64,000 nt of DNA from Salinivirgaceae bacterium (lineage in GTDB: Bacteria > Bacteroidota > Bacteroidia > Bacteroidales > SZUA-534): the NCBI GenBank assembly GCA_024405635.1, contig JAKSOL010000003.1, forward strand, positions 64,001-128,000, in the 5' to 3' direction. Numbering within the stretch: position 1 is the stretch's first letter; each line of letters begins with the position of its first letter. A program made the translations under genes and the position numbers. Of this stretch, positions 42,988 to 55,142 are shown piece by piece. A model generated the notes under the pieces. It saw only the letters and a list, made by a program, of their open reading frames with translations. It did not search any database and was not told where the DNA came from.

Positions 42988-44257
42988 CTTGTTAAACATT
43001 TTCAGTTTGTTGGTGGCGTTGCTCGTTTTGGCAATGCCATTCAGTCAAGTACTAACAAATTTTTTGCTCACACTTGTTTGTTGCGTTGCACTTACTCAAA
43101 ACTTTAAGTTTCAAATTTACCGATATAACAAACTGCAACTTTGTGTAATTCTGCTTGTTGCGGCTTATTTTTTAGTTAATCTGCAAGGCTTTGTTGTTTC
43201 GTCCGACAAGTATCACGCACAGCAAAATTTGTCAAAACTAACGCCATTTGCCGCATTGCCGTTGTTGGCTCTTTTGTTTGGCGAACAACTGGCTCAACAA
43301 TACAAACGTGTGTTAAAATGGTTTGTTGCGGCCGTAACCATAGCATCGTTAACTTGTTTAGCGTTAGCCGTTTATAGGTCGATATACATAACCCCCGATG
43401 GCTGGCAATTCAATCCATTTATAGGCTATCGCACACAGTTTGTTTACACATATTTGTCGGTTTTTCTCTACACCAACAGTTTTGCAATGTACGTGGTGTT
43501 TGCCTTGGCAGTGTTGTTGTGGCTGGCATTGTTTGGTGGCGTTAAACCACGAGTAGGTTTTTGGTTGCTTGTAACACTTTGTGTAGCAATGGTTTATTTG
43601 TTATCGTCGCGCACCAATGTGTACTCAATGTTCCTAATCTTGTATTTCACCATTGCCGTTTATTATTTGCTAAAGCGTAACATTCGCACAACAATTATTA
43701 TGCTGATAGGCGTTAGTGCGTTGCTCTACTTTTTTCAGAACTGCAACATGCGCGTTCACAATCTGTCGGACAAAGTTGCTGAATACGTTGAAGGTGGCGA
43801 GGTTGAAATTGTGTTAGACGACGGAACTGTTGTGGTTCGCGAGTATAAGGCAAGCGATGTAAATGTGCGAGTGGCAATGTGGCAATGTGGTTTGAAACTA
43901 GTAGCCGAAAAACCACTAACAGGCTTTGGCTTAGGCGATTATAACAATGAATTGCGTCGTGCTTATGCCGAAAACGACCTTTGGGAGGCCGTTGATAAAT
44001 TCTACGACCAACATAATCAGTATCTTGAAACTTTAGGCCGAAACGGAATTTTGGGTTTGATAGTGATGCTAGGACTTCTTTTATCGGCATTTGTTTTGGC
44101 AATAAAGCAACGTAACTACTTGATGGCGTGTTTGTTAATAGTGGTGTCGCTCAACATGCTTATGGAATCGATATTCAATCGCTACAGCAACTCTATTTTT
44201 GTTTGCCTTATGCTGATGCTAGCAATGTTTGGCGAGGGAAAAAATAAGCAGAATTAA
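42977..44257 (+). CDS. O-antigen ligase (Wzy_C) family protein
   Basis: Multi-pass TM; SSRT, RVAMW, PLTGFGLG, HNQYLE motifs. Confidence 0.82.
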   Translation: MKNNLLNIFSLLVALLVLAMPFSQVLTNFLLTLVCCVALTQNFKFQIYRYNKLQLCVILLVAAYFLVNLQGFVVSSDKYHAQQNLSKLTPFAALPLLALLFGEQLAQQYKRVLKWFVAAVTIASLTCLALAVYRSIYITPDGWQFNPFIGYRTQFVYTYLSVFLYTNSFAMYVVFALAVLLWLALFGGVKPRVGFWLLVTLCVAMVYLLSSRTNVYSMFLILYFTIAVYYLLKRNIRTTIIMLIGVSALLYFFQNCNMRVHNLSDKVAEYVEGGEVEIVLDDGTVVVREYKASDVNVRVAMWQCGLKLVAEKPLTGFGLGDYNNELRRAYAENDLWEAVDKFYDQHNQYLETLGRNGILGLIVMLGLLLSAFVLAIKQRNYLMACLLIVVSLNMLMESIFNRYSNSIFVCLMLMLAMFGEGKNKQN

Positions 44258-44702
44258 GTAAGTTGTTGGGTTGTTTAACAAGCATAAAATCTGTTTAGTT
44301 AATAATATTAATTAAATAAATTTTGGTTGCGGTTTGCGTTGAATTTTAGATTGTTAAGCATGATTAATGACTGATTGCCAAAGTGAGAGTGGACTTTTTT
44401 AATCCAGGTTGAAAAAACTCAAACAAAAATTTGGAAGTTTGTTTTTTTTGGCGCTGTTGGTGTAATTGGCGGAATGTTGTTTTCAATCGTTGCTTTTGTT
44501 TTGTTTATGCCAATTTGGTTTCCTGTTGAGGCTCGTTGCCAAAAATTGAAATAAATAATTCCTTGTGCATTATTTCAAAATGCAAGATTTTTCTCGTTCT
44601 TTGATGTAAAGTTATTTGTGCAATTAACCGTTTGATAACCAATTGAATGCACGGTTTTTTTGCATCAATTTTATAGTAATCGTTAACAAAACAAAAAACA
44701 AT

Positions 44703-45215
44703 ATGGACTTTCTAAAGCTAGTGCAAGAGCGCTATTCTTGCAAAAAGATGAACGGCGAGAAAATAACCGAACAACAACTGAACATTATACTCGAGGCAGG
44801 CCGATGGGCGCCAACTGCCAAAAACTTGCAAGAGCAACGCATATATGTAGTGGAGTCGGCCGAAGGTTTGGCAAAAATCGATTCTGTTACGCCATGCCGA
44901 TACGGAGCATCAACCGTGTTGGTTGTTGCATGGAACAAAAACAACGTGTTTACCTATCCCGGTGGGCAATGCAATTCGGGTTGCGAAGATGCCACCATTG
45001 TAGCAACTCACATGATGTTGGCTGCCAAATCGGTTGGCGTTGAAAGTTGCTGGATAAAATTTTTCGATCCCGAAAAAACGGCCCAAGTGCTAGGCTTGCC
45101 CAACAACGAGGAGGTGCTAATGATGCTTAACCTTGGTTTTCCTGCCGATGGTGGCCAACCACTTGCTAATCATGCATCGCGAAAACCTATTTCCGAAACT
45201 GTAACTCGTTTATAA
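44703..45215 (+). CDS. Nitroreductase family protein
   Basis: RYSCKK, EAGRWAPTAKNLQ, DATIVATHMMLAA..GV.SCW. Confidence 0.9.
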   Translation: MDFLKLVQERYSCKKMNGEKITEQQLNIILEAGRWAPTAKNLQEQRIYVVESAEGLAKIDSVTPCRYGASTVLVVAWNKNNVFTYPGGQCNSGCEDATIVATHMMLAAKSVGVESCWIKFFDPEKTAQVLGLPNNEEVLMMLNLGFPADGGQPLANHASRKPISETVTRL

Positions 45216-45233
45216 TAAAAACATTACGCAGCA

Positions 45234-46208
45234 ATGTTCGTCGTACTCACACTTTTCTTGTGCATCTTTTTGGCACTAGTTCCCAATGTGCTTTACCTTG
45301 TTTGCTACATAATTGCATTGCCGTTTCATTATCATTTGCCATATCGTTTTTTTGGCTACACGGCTATAACTCTGGTTGTTGTGTGCGCAAGTTTGTTGTT
45401 GTACGGCAATCTTATAGGCCGATTTCTTCATCAAGTAAAGCAAGTCAATTATGTTAATGCCGATGTCCCAAATGCGTTTGTTGGTTACCGAATTGTGCAC
45501 ATAAGCGACCTTCATCTCGATAGTTGGAAGGGACATAGCCGTCAACTTGAAAAACGCATCAACGAGATTAATAACCTTAATCCTGACCTTATTTGCTTTA
45601 CCGGCGATTTGGTGTCGATGTCGGCAAACGAAATTGAGCCGAATATTGAAATTCTGAAAAAACTGAAAGCAAAAGATGGGGTAGTGTCGGTGTTGGGAAA
45701 TCACGATTACATGCCTTATAGCCGCATTAGTGCTGAACAGCGGAACGAAGCAATTGAAAGCGTTGTGCGCAGTCAACGAAACGATTTAGGTTGGCAACTG
45801 CTACTAAATGAGCATGTTATGTTGCATCTAGGAACCGATAGCATAAAAATAATTGGTTGCGAAAACCATAGCGTTGGAGCACATTCGGTAGTTCAGCGTG
45901 GCAATTTGGCTAGGGCAATGGGGGAACCGCAAATGGCTGGTTTCCAAGTTCTTTTAACTCACGACCCTTCGCATTGGCGACACGAAGTGCTTGAAAAAAC
46001 GCCTATTCAATTAACCTTGAGCGGACACACTCACGCAATGCAGTTCCGCATTTTTGGTTGGACACCTTCGCGGTGGCTATATCCCGAGTGCGATGGCCTT
46101 TACACCGAAAACAACCAAACGCTGTACGTAAACATCGGTTTGGGCGGAACAGCTCCGTTTCGTATAGGTGCGATACCTGAAATAACACTTATCACTCTTG
46201 CTAAATAA
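45234..46208 (+). CDS. Membrane-anchored metallophosphoesterase
   Basis: SDLH, FTGD, LGNHD, THDP, SGHTH calcineurin-like motifs. Confidence 0.9.
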   Translation: MFVVLTLFLCIFLALVPNVLYLVCYIIALPFHYHLPYRFFGYTAITLVVVCASLLLYGNLIGRFLHQVKQVNYVNADVPNAFVGYRIVHISDLHLDSWKGHSRQLEKRINEINNLNPDLICFTGDLVSMSANEIEPNIEILKKLKAKDGVVSVLGNHDYMPYSRISAEQRNEAIESVVRSQRNDLGWQLLLNEHVMLHLGTDSIKIIGCENHSVGAHSVVQRGNLARAMGEPQMAGFQVLLTHDPSHWRHEVLEKTPIQLTLSGHTHAMQFRIFGWTPSRWLYPECDGLYTENNQTLYVNIGLGGTAPFRIGAIPEITLITLAK

Positions 46209-46225
46209 TTGAAACCGAGCTAACT

Positions 46226-47479
46226 ATGAAAGCGTTTAGTCCGTTGCTCTTCTTTTTTGTGGCCTATGTTGGTGGTAGCATTTTGCTGCACGATTTTTAT
46301 GCCATACCAATTATTGTGGCTTTTGTAGCGGCAAGTCTTTATGCTCTTTTTGTTTTTCGCACAAAACCATTTAACAACATAGTAATGGCGTTTGCACGAG
46401 GCGCAGGCAACGAGAACATTATGTACATGATTCTCATTTTTATTCTTGCAGGAGCATTTGCCTCGCTTGCTAAAAGCATTGGTGCGATTGATGCCACAGT
46501 TAATCTTTGCTTGTACTTTTTGCCTACATCGTTGTTGCTACCCGGACTTTTTATTGCCACATGTTTGGTGTCGATGAGCATAGGTACATCGGTTGGCTCA
46601 ATAGTGGCAATGGTGCCACTTGCGGCAGGATTGGCTACACAAACAGGAAACAGCGTGGCTCTTTACACAGCTTGTATAGTTGGTGGCGCGTTTTTTGGCG
46701 ACAATTTGTCGTTTATTAGCGATACCACTATTGTAGCAACTCGCACGCAAGGTATTGCCATGCACGAAAAATTTAAGGCCAACTTGCGCATTGTGTTGCC
46801 AGCCGCTTTGATTGCAATGGTTATTTATGCGGTTATTGGTTTTGGCAGTTCGGCAACTCATAGTGTCGATGCTCCCGACATTGTTAGAGTGCTGCCATAC
46901 TTGGTGGTGCTTGTTACAGCCATTTGTGGGTTTAATGTAATTGTGGTGCTTGCCATTGGTCTGTTGCTTTGTTCGGCTTTGGCACTTGGGTTATATTCAT
47001 TAACTATTACTAGTGTAATGCAATCTGTTGATAGCGGTGTAAAGGCAATGTGTGAACTTATAGTGGTTACAATGCTTGCTGGTGGACTAATGGAAATGGT
47101 TCGCATCAACGGTGGTATCGATTCGTTGATGAACAAAATAAGTAGGCGCATTAAAAATCGTCAAGGTGCTGAACTGAGCATCGGTGCGCTTGTTGTTTTG
47201 GCCGATTTCTGCACAGCCAACAACACCATTGCCATTTTAACCGTAAGCAGCATAGCCAAACAAATTGCTGAACGATTTGGCATTGCTCCGCAACGTGTGG
47301 CTAGTTTGCTCGATACTTGGAGTTGCTTTGCTCAATCGCTTATTCCGTATGGCGCTCAGTTGTTAATAGCCTCAGGTTTAGCCGGCATTGCGCCAACTCA
47401 AATAATACAATTCTTGTTCTATCCGTTTGTATTGGCATTGGTCACACTGGGTTCAAGTTTGGTTAAAAAGGGCAAATGA
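46226..47479 (+). CDS. NhaC-family Na+/H+ antiporter-like transporter
   Basis: SIGTSVGS, GAFFGDNLSFISDTTI, ANNTIAI, PYGAQ. Confidence 0.85.
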   Translation: MKAFSPLLFFFVAYVGGSILLHDFYAIPIIVAFVAASLYALFVFRTKPFNNIVMAFARGAGNENIMYMILIFILAGAFASLAKSIGAIDATVNLCLYFLPTSLLLPGLFIATCLVSMSIGTSVGSIVAMVPLAAGLATQTGNSVALYTACIVGGAFFGDNLSFISDTTIVATRTQGIAMHEKFKANLRIVLPAALIAMVIYAVIGFGSSATHSVDAPDIVRVLPYLVVLVTAICGFNVIVVLAIGLLLCSALALGLYSLTITSVMQSVDSGVKAMCELIVVTMLAGGLMEMVRINGGIDSLMNKISRRIKNRQGAELSIGALVVLADFCTANNTIAILTVSSIAKQIAERFGIAPQRVASLLDTWSCFAQSLIPYGAQLLIASGLAGIAPTQIIQFLFYPFVLALVTLGSSLVKKGK

Positions 47480-47505
47480 TTAGTTATTAATCATTCCAAA
47501 GGCGG

Positions 47506-47555
47506 CTTCGGCAAGCTCAGCCACCCAATGCACCCGGTGCCTGAGCTTGTCGAAG
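47506..47555. repeat. REP-like palindromic element
   Basis: cttcggcaagctcag-(20 nt)-ctgagcttgtcgaag; 15-bp arms with one mismatch and no U tail. Confidence 0.65.
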
Positions 47556-47665
47556 GCACGGTTAGAATATTGATGCGTTGAACTGATGATTTGCTATTGA
47601 CTATTAACCGTTGACCATTGGTCGCAAAAGGCTAAAAGCTAACAGCATAGTTTATTAAACATTAA

Positions 47666-48943
47666 TCATTGTTTACAATTAGTTAGCCATTCATAAGCTG
47701 GAATGCATTGTATTTTAATACCATTAGCTTCTATTGTTTCTGAATGACTGTTGGTTATTAGCCATACGTTATTGCAATTAGTGGCATTGGCTGCCGATAC
47801 GCATCCTGAAATTTCACGTTTGCGAGTTTTGGCATTAGATATGTCGTAGCTTACTTGATAAATACCTGTAACGCTATTGCCACTTGTTGTTACAAAATCG
47901 CATTCGCTCTTTTGTACAGCATAATAATAAATGTCCTCATTGGTGTACTTTATGCGTCTGCGTAACTCTAAATAGACAATGGTTTCTAACCTCCAACCCA
48001 AATTGTTGCCTGCCAACGCATTTTCCCTCTTGTTCATCATGGCCACATCTATAGCATATATTTTTTCGCTTTGGGTTCTTATGCTGCTCTTGTTTGAAAA
48101 CTTTTTTATGGGCAAAATGAGATATGCTTGAGTTAAATACGAAAGGTAGTTGTCCATTGTAATAGGCGACTTCATTTCAAATAATTTTCGGAGATTGGGT
48201 TTGTTGATTATTGCTGGTGATATGTTCAAAAGATGTTGCGACAATAGTCTCAAACCCTCAATGTTTTTTACATTGAATCTTCGTTTAATATCTTGAGTTA
48301 TTATGCTTTCATATAATGAATTTACGTAGCCTAAAGAATTTTTTTCGTGCAGAAGTTCAGGCAACCCACCTTGTGCAATATACTGGTCGAAACATCTTGC
48401 CAACAATCCTCTGTTTTTTGTTGTTAATGGGGTTGTTGCCACTTTGTTGTAATTGCAAAATTCGGCGAAAGAAAAGGGCAGTAGTTCTATTTTTGAATGT
48501 CTTCCAGTTAGGTGCGTAGCTAAGTCTTGCGACAATAATTTTGAATTACTGCCAGTTATCAATAAATGCTTGCCTTGACGTAATAGCCTGTTAATGAATA
48601 ATTCCCAGTGATTAATGTTCTGTATTTCGTCAAAAAAGAAATAGTCCAAGTCGCCATGAATTTGATATAGCGTCATCAGAATGTCATCAAGTTCCTCGGT
48701 TTTTAGTTCTACAAGGCGTTCGTCGTCATAGTTCACATATCCAAACTTAACGGCTGCTTTTTGCAAAACATTCTTGCACAATGTTGATTTGCCGCACCGC
48801 CTAACTCCTATTACAACTTGGGCAAGCTGACTATGTAAATCAACTAAATCTTCCTCCTTGCGATGACAAAGATTAGGTATTGTCCTTGTATCAAGTTCAT
48901 CTGCTTGATCTATAATAATTTGCTTTAATTTCTCTTTGTCCAT
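47666..48943 (-). CDS. AAA_14 ATPase with DUF4143 / PD-(D/E)XK-like C-terminus
   Basis: Walker A GVRRCGKS, Walker B FFDEIQ, ITGSNS, LTGRH, GGLPE, KIYAID, LETIVYLEL...ECDFV...YQV. Confidence 0.9.
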   Translation of the reverse strand: MDKEKLKQIIIDQADELDTRTIPNLCHRKEEDLVDLHSQLAQVVIGVRRCGKSTLCKNVLQKAAVKFGYVNYDDERLVELKTEELDDILMTLYQIHGDLDYFFFDEIQNINHWELFINRLLRQGKHLLITGSNSKLLSQDLATHLTGRHSKIELLPFSFAEFCNYNKVATTPLTTKNRGLLARCFDQYIAQGGLPELLHEKNSLGYVNSLYESIITQDIKRRFNVKNIEGLRLLSQHLLNISPAIINKPNLRKLFEMKSPITMDNYLSYLTQAYLILPIKKFSNKSSIRTQSEKIYAIDVAMMNKRENALAGNNLGWRLETIVYLELRRRIKYTNEDIYYYAVQKSECDFVTTSGNSVTGIYQVSYDISNAKTRKREISGCVSAANATNCNNVWLITNSHSETIEANGIKIQCIPAYEWLTNCKQ

Positions 48944-48989
48944 AATAGTCGGTTTTTATTCGCAAATATACACTTATCTTCTATTCAAA

Positions 48990-49073
48990 TATATTATCTC
49001 GGTCCAAAATGGCATGTTCTACTATATTATCTCGGTCTAAAATGGCACTTGCTACTATATTATCTCGGTCCAG
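48990..49073. repeat. 33-bp tandem repeat (~2.5 copies) upstream of the AAA ATPase
   Basis: tatattatctcggtc at 48990, 49023 and 49056; intervening caaaatggcatgttctac / taaaatggcacttgctac. Confidence 0.9.
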
Positions 49074-49271
49074 ATATGAGGCTCGCGAACGGATGGCCTT
49101 TATCCGTTAACCGTGGTAAAATGTTGATTTGCTGAACCGTTGAGTGGTTGAGGCTCAGGTAACGTAAAACGCACTATGTGTGCTGAAATATTTTTTTTGT
49201 GTAAAAATACTTCGGCAAAAGAAATGTTGTAAAGTGCAGTATAACAGCTTGTTCCTGTTGACAAACATCGG

Positions 49272-50186
49272 TTACCGATAAGCAAATTTTCGGTATTCGG
49301 TGGGAGTGATGCTCGTAAAACGTTTGAAGAAGTTGGAGAGATGGGCTTGCGACGAAAATTCAAGTTCGTAAGCTATTTCTTGAATGGTTTTGTCGGTTAG
49401 TAGTAGCTCTTTTATTTTGTTTAAAAGAGTGTTGTCTATTATCGATTTTGGCGACTGTGATGCTACTTTTCGAGTTACTTGCGATAGGTATCGGGCCGAA
49501 ACGTTAAGTCGCGATGCATAGTAATTTACATCGTGGCTGTTTTTGCACTCGTCGGTTTGCATGGCTGTAAAACTGCTATATAGAGTAATGCAACGGCTTG
49601 AGTTTTCGGGGTTTACGTTTGTCGGAAGCATGAATTTTGCCTTTTTTTCGGCCTTGTCAAGAGTCATTTCTTGGCATAGCAAAGTTGCAATGGTTGAGCA
49701 CAATTCGTTGCATCGGCCGTGGCTATCGTCGGCTACAATGGTGTGTTCGGCTATAAAGTGGTTGCTATCGCGCTTGCGAACAACAACAGCATGGCACAAA
49801 GGAATTAGTTTTTGCTGAATGCGGTCAATCAGTTCGTCGCTCATCATCATCTCCTCGTGGCTTGAGTAAACCACAGGCGAAAACAGAACCCACTGCGGTT
49901 TGTATCGCACTATGCAGCGTATTATGGCATCAAGTGTGTAAATGTTGCGTATCAGTCCTATTTTGAAAACAAAAGGCGAAAAATCTTCGGCAACAGCATC
50001 TATCTGGCGTTCAACCATTTCGGCAGGAATGTCAAAATAATCTTGAATGCCAAGCGTGTTTTGCATTGTGAGCGTAGTGATTACCGAAAGAGCCTTGCCT
50101 CCAAGTCCAGTTATGGTTTTTATGTCGGCTTGTATTCCAGCACCTCCAGCGCTATCCGATCCTGTTATTGTAAGTGTTGCGTTCAT
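49272..50186 (-). CDS. ThiD-like (HMP kinase) domain fused to an AraC HTH; probable transcriptional regulator
   Basis: TITGSDSAGGAGIQADIKT, TMQNTLG, KIG at the N-terminus; YYASRLNVSARYLS...TIQEIAYELEFSSQAHLSNFFKRFTSITPTEYR at the C-terminus. Confidence 0.85.
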   Translation of the reverse strand: MNATLTITGSDSAGGAGIQADIKTITGLGGKALSVITTLTMQNTLGIQDYFDIPAEMVERQIDAVAEDFSPFVFKIGLIRNIYTLDAIIRCIVRYKPQWVLFSPVVYSSHEEMMMSDELIDRIQQKLIPLCHAVVVRKRDSNHFIAEHTIVADDSHGRCNELCSTIATLLCQEMTLDKAEKKAKFMLPTNVNPENSSRCITLYSSFTAMQTDECKNSHDVNYYASRLNVSARYLSQVTRKVASQSPKSIIDNTLLNKIKELLLTDKTIQEIAYELEFSSQAHLSNFFKRFTSITPTEYRKFAYR

Positions 50187-50294
50187 TGTTGGTTGTTAAT
50201 ATAGCCATTAGTGCTCTTTGTAAAAGCAATTGTTCTCATTCTTGCAAAGATAAGCCGACAATGTGCAAAATTTGACGGTAAAATGTATGTGCAA

Positions 50295-50331
50295 ACAAAA
50301 AAAGAACCGCCCCATCAGGGACGGTTCTTTT
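50295..50331. repeat. Left direct repeat (att-like copy of the proS terminator)
   Basis: acaaaaaaagaaccgccccatCAgggacggttctttt. Confidence 0.85.
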
Positions 50332-50433
50332 GTGAAAGGGTTTTTAAAGCGTTACAAAATACCATAAGTAAATGATTCTCAGCTACATGAACAATATTCG
50401 ATACTATAATGAAACCCAGGCAGGTGGGATGGG

Positions 50434-50670
50434 GAGGCGCTATTCGTCACCCTCGCATCACCACATACGCGTCTGACCATCAGCGGAGTTGAGAAGAGAA
50501 TCAAGGAATTGGGCAAACGACTAGATATGCCCAAAGTGCATCCTCACAAGTTTAGGCGAACTATGGCGACAATGGCCATTGACAAGGGTATGCCCATCGA
50601 GCAAGTGCAGAAACTTTTGGGTCATGTGCGCATAGACACGACGCTACGCTATGCCATCGTGAACCAGAAT
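50434..50670 (+). pseudogene. Tyrosine recombinase C-terminal fragment
   Basis: EALFVTL...HPHKFRRTMAT...LLGH...TTLRY (HxxR, H, Y); N-terminus missing, in-frame stop at 50410-50412. Confidence 0.85.
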
Positions 50671-50671
50671 A

Positions 50672-50902
50672 AATTTAGTGGTATGCGACGAGTTTGGATA
50701 TGTAAACTGCGACAAGGAAGGAGGCGAACTCTTGTTCAATCACTTGTCTCTACGGGCGGGTAAGAAGGCAATAATAATCACTACTAATCTTGCTTTCAAC
50801 AGATGGAACGAGATAATTAAAGATAAGGTCCTGGTCGCGGCTATGGTAGATCGGTTGACTCATAAAGCCATGTTGGTAAACTCTCAAGTGAATTTACATT
50901 AG
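50672..50902 (+). pseudogene. istB: IS21-family IstB helper ATPase fragment
   Basis: LVVCDEFGY (Walker B), ELLFNHLSLR, IITTNL.F.RW, AAMVDRLTH; no Walker A, truncated at both ends. Confidence 0.85.
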
Positions 50903-54697
<3,795 letters not shown>

Positions 54698-54729
54698 TCC
54701 TACTAGGAGAAGTGCCAGACTAAGATATT

Positions 54730-54771
54730 AAGGTACTGATAATTCTGTTATTTCAGAATTATCAGTACCTT
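54730..54771 (+). terminator. Perfect 18-bp inverted repeat after GH2 (likely terminator)
   Basis: aaggtactgataattctg-ttattt-cagaattatcagtacctt. Confidence 0.65.
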
Positions 54772-54914
54772 TTGGTATTACAGAAAGCTACATATTAATT
54801 TAAACGCACATTGATTATGGCTAAAAAGTCATTACAGGCACTCATAGTGATTTATTTTGATGATAGTGCGGTGAGAATCAGTGTAGAATACCATTGAGAC
54901 GGAAATTTTTGCTT

Positions 54915-54947
54915 GTGCGTATGATGAGCGTATGACGTGCGTATGTG
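54915..54947. repeat. Three 11-bp direct repeats (candidate integrase arm sites)
   Basis: gtgcgtatgat gagcgtatgac gtgcgtatgtg, ~135 bp inside the right island boundary. Confidence 0.6.
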
Positions 54948-55080
54948 TTTGGAGGGAGATAGACATTGGTATTATTGGGGAAAGTATGGTCGCAAACATT
55001 CAGTACCATTTAAAAAGTGTTTGAACTTAATTGAGGAAGAATAATTTGCTAATGCGCCAAAATTGAGAGAAAAAGGGAAG

Positions 55081-55119
55081 ACAAAAAAAGAACCGCCCCA
55101 TTTGGGACGGTTCTTTTTT
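55081..55119 (-). terminator. proS terminator / right direct repeat
   Basis: aaaaaaagaaccgcccca-tt-tgggacggttctttttt just after the proS stop. Confidence 0.85.
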
Positions 55120-55142
55120 AAGTTATATGCAAAACTTGCAGT

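Noticed and set aside
44258-44702. 445-bp intergenic gap as a possible ncRNA or small gene
   Set aside because: AT-rich with no convincing hairpin, repeat or ORF seen by eye
48990-49073. Possible mini-CRISPR array
   Set aside because: The 18-bp intervening segments are near-identical to each other, the period is only 33 bp and no cas genes are present; it is a tandem repeat
49100-49363. 87-aa minus-strand ORF
   Set aside because: Overlaps the AraC 3' end in another frame and has no recognisable motif
50187-50294. TPP riboswitch upstream of the thiD-like gene
   Set aside because: No recognisable TPP aptamer core on the coding strand; only a promoter-like TATCTTTG box
50509-50763. Intact 84-aa integrase gene
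   Set aside because: Only the catalytic C-terminal part is present and the tail is out-of-frame IstB DNA; treated as a pseudogene
54780-55080. tRNA or tmRNA as the island integration target
   Set aside because: No cloverleaf or T-loop motif found near either boundary
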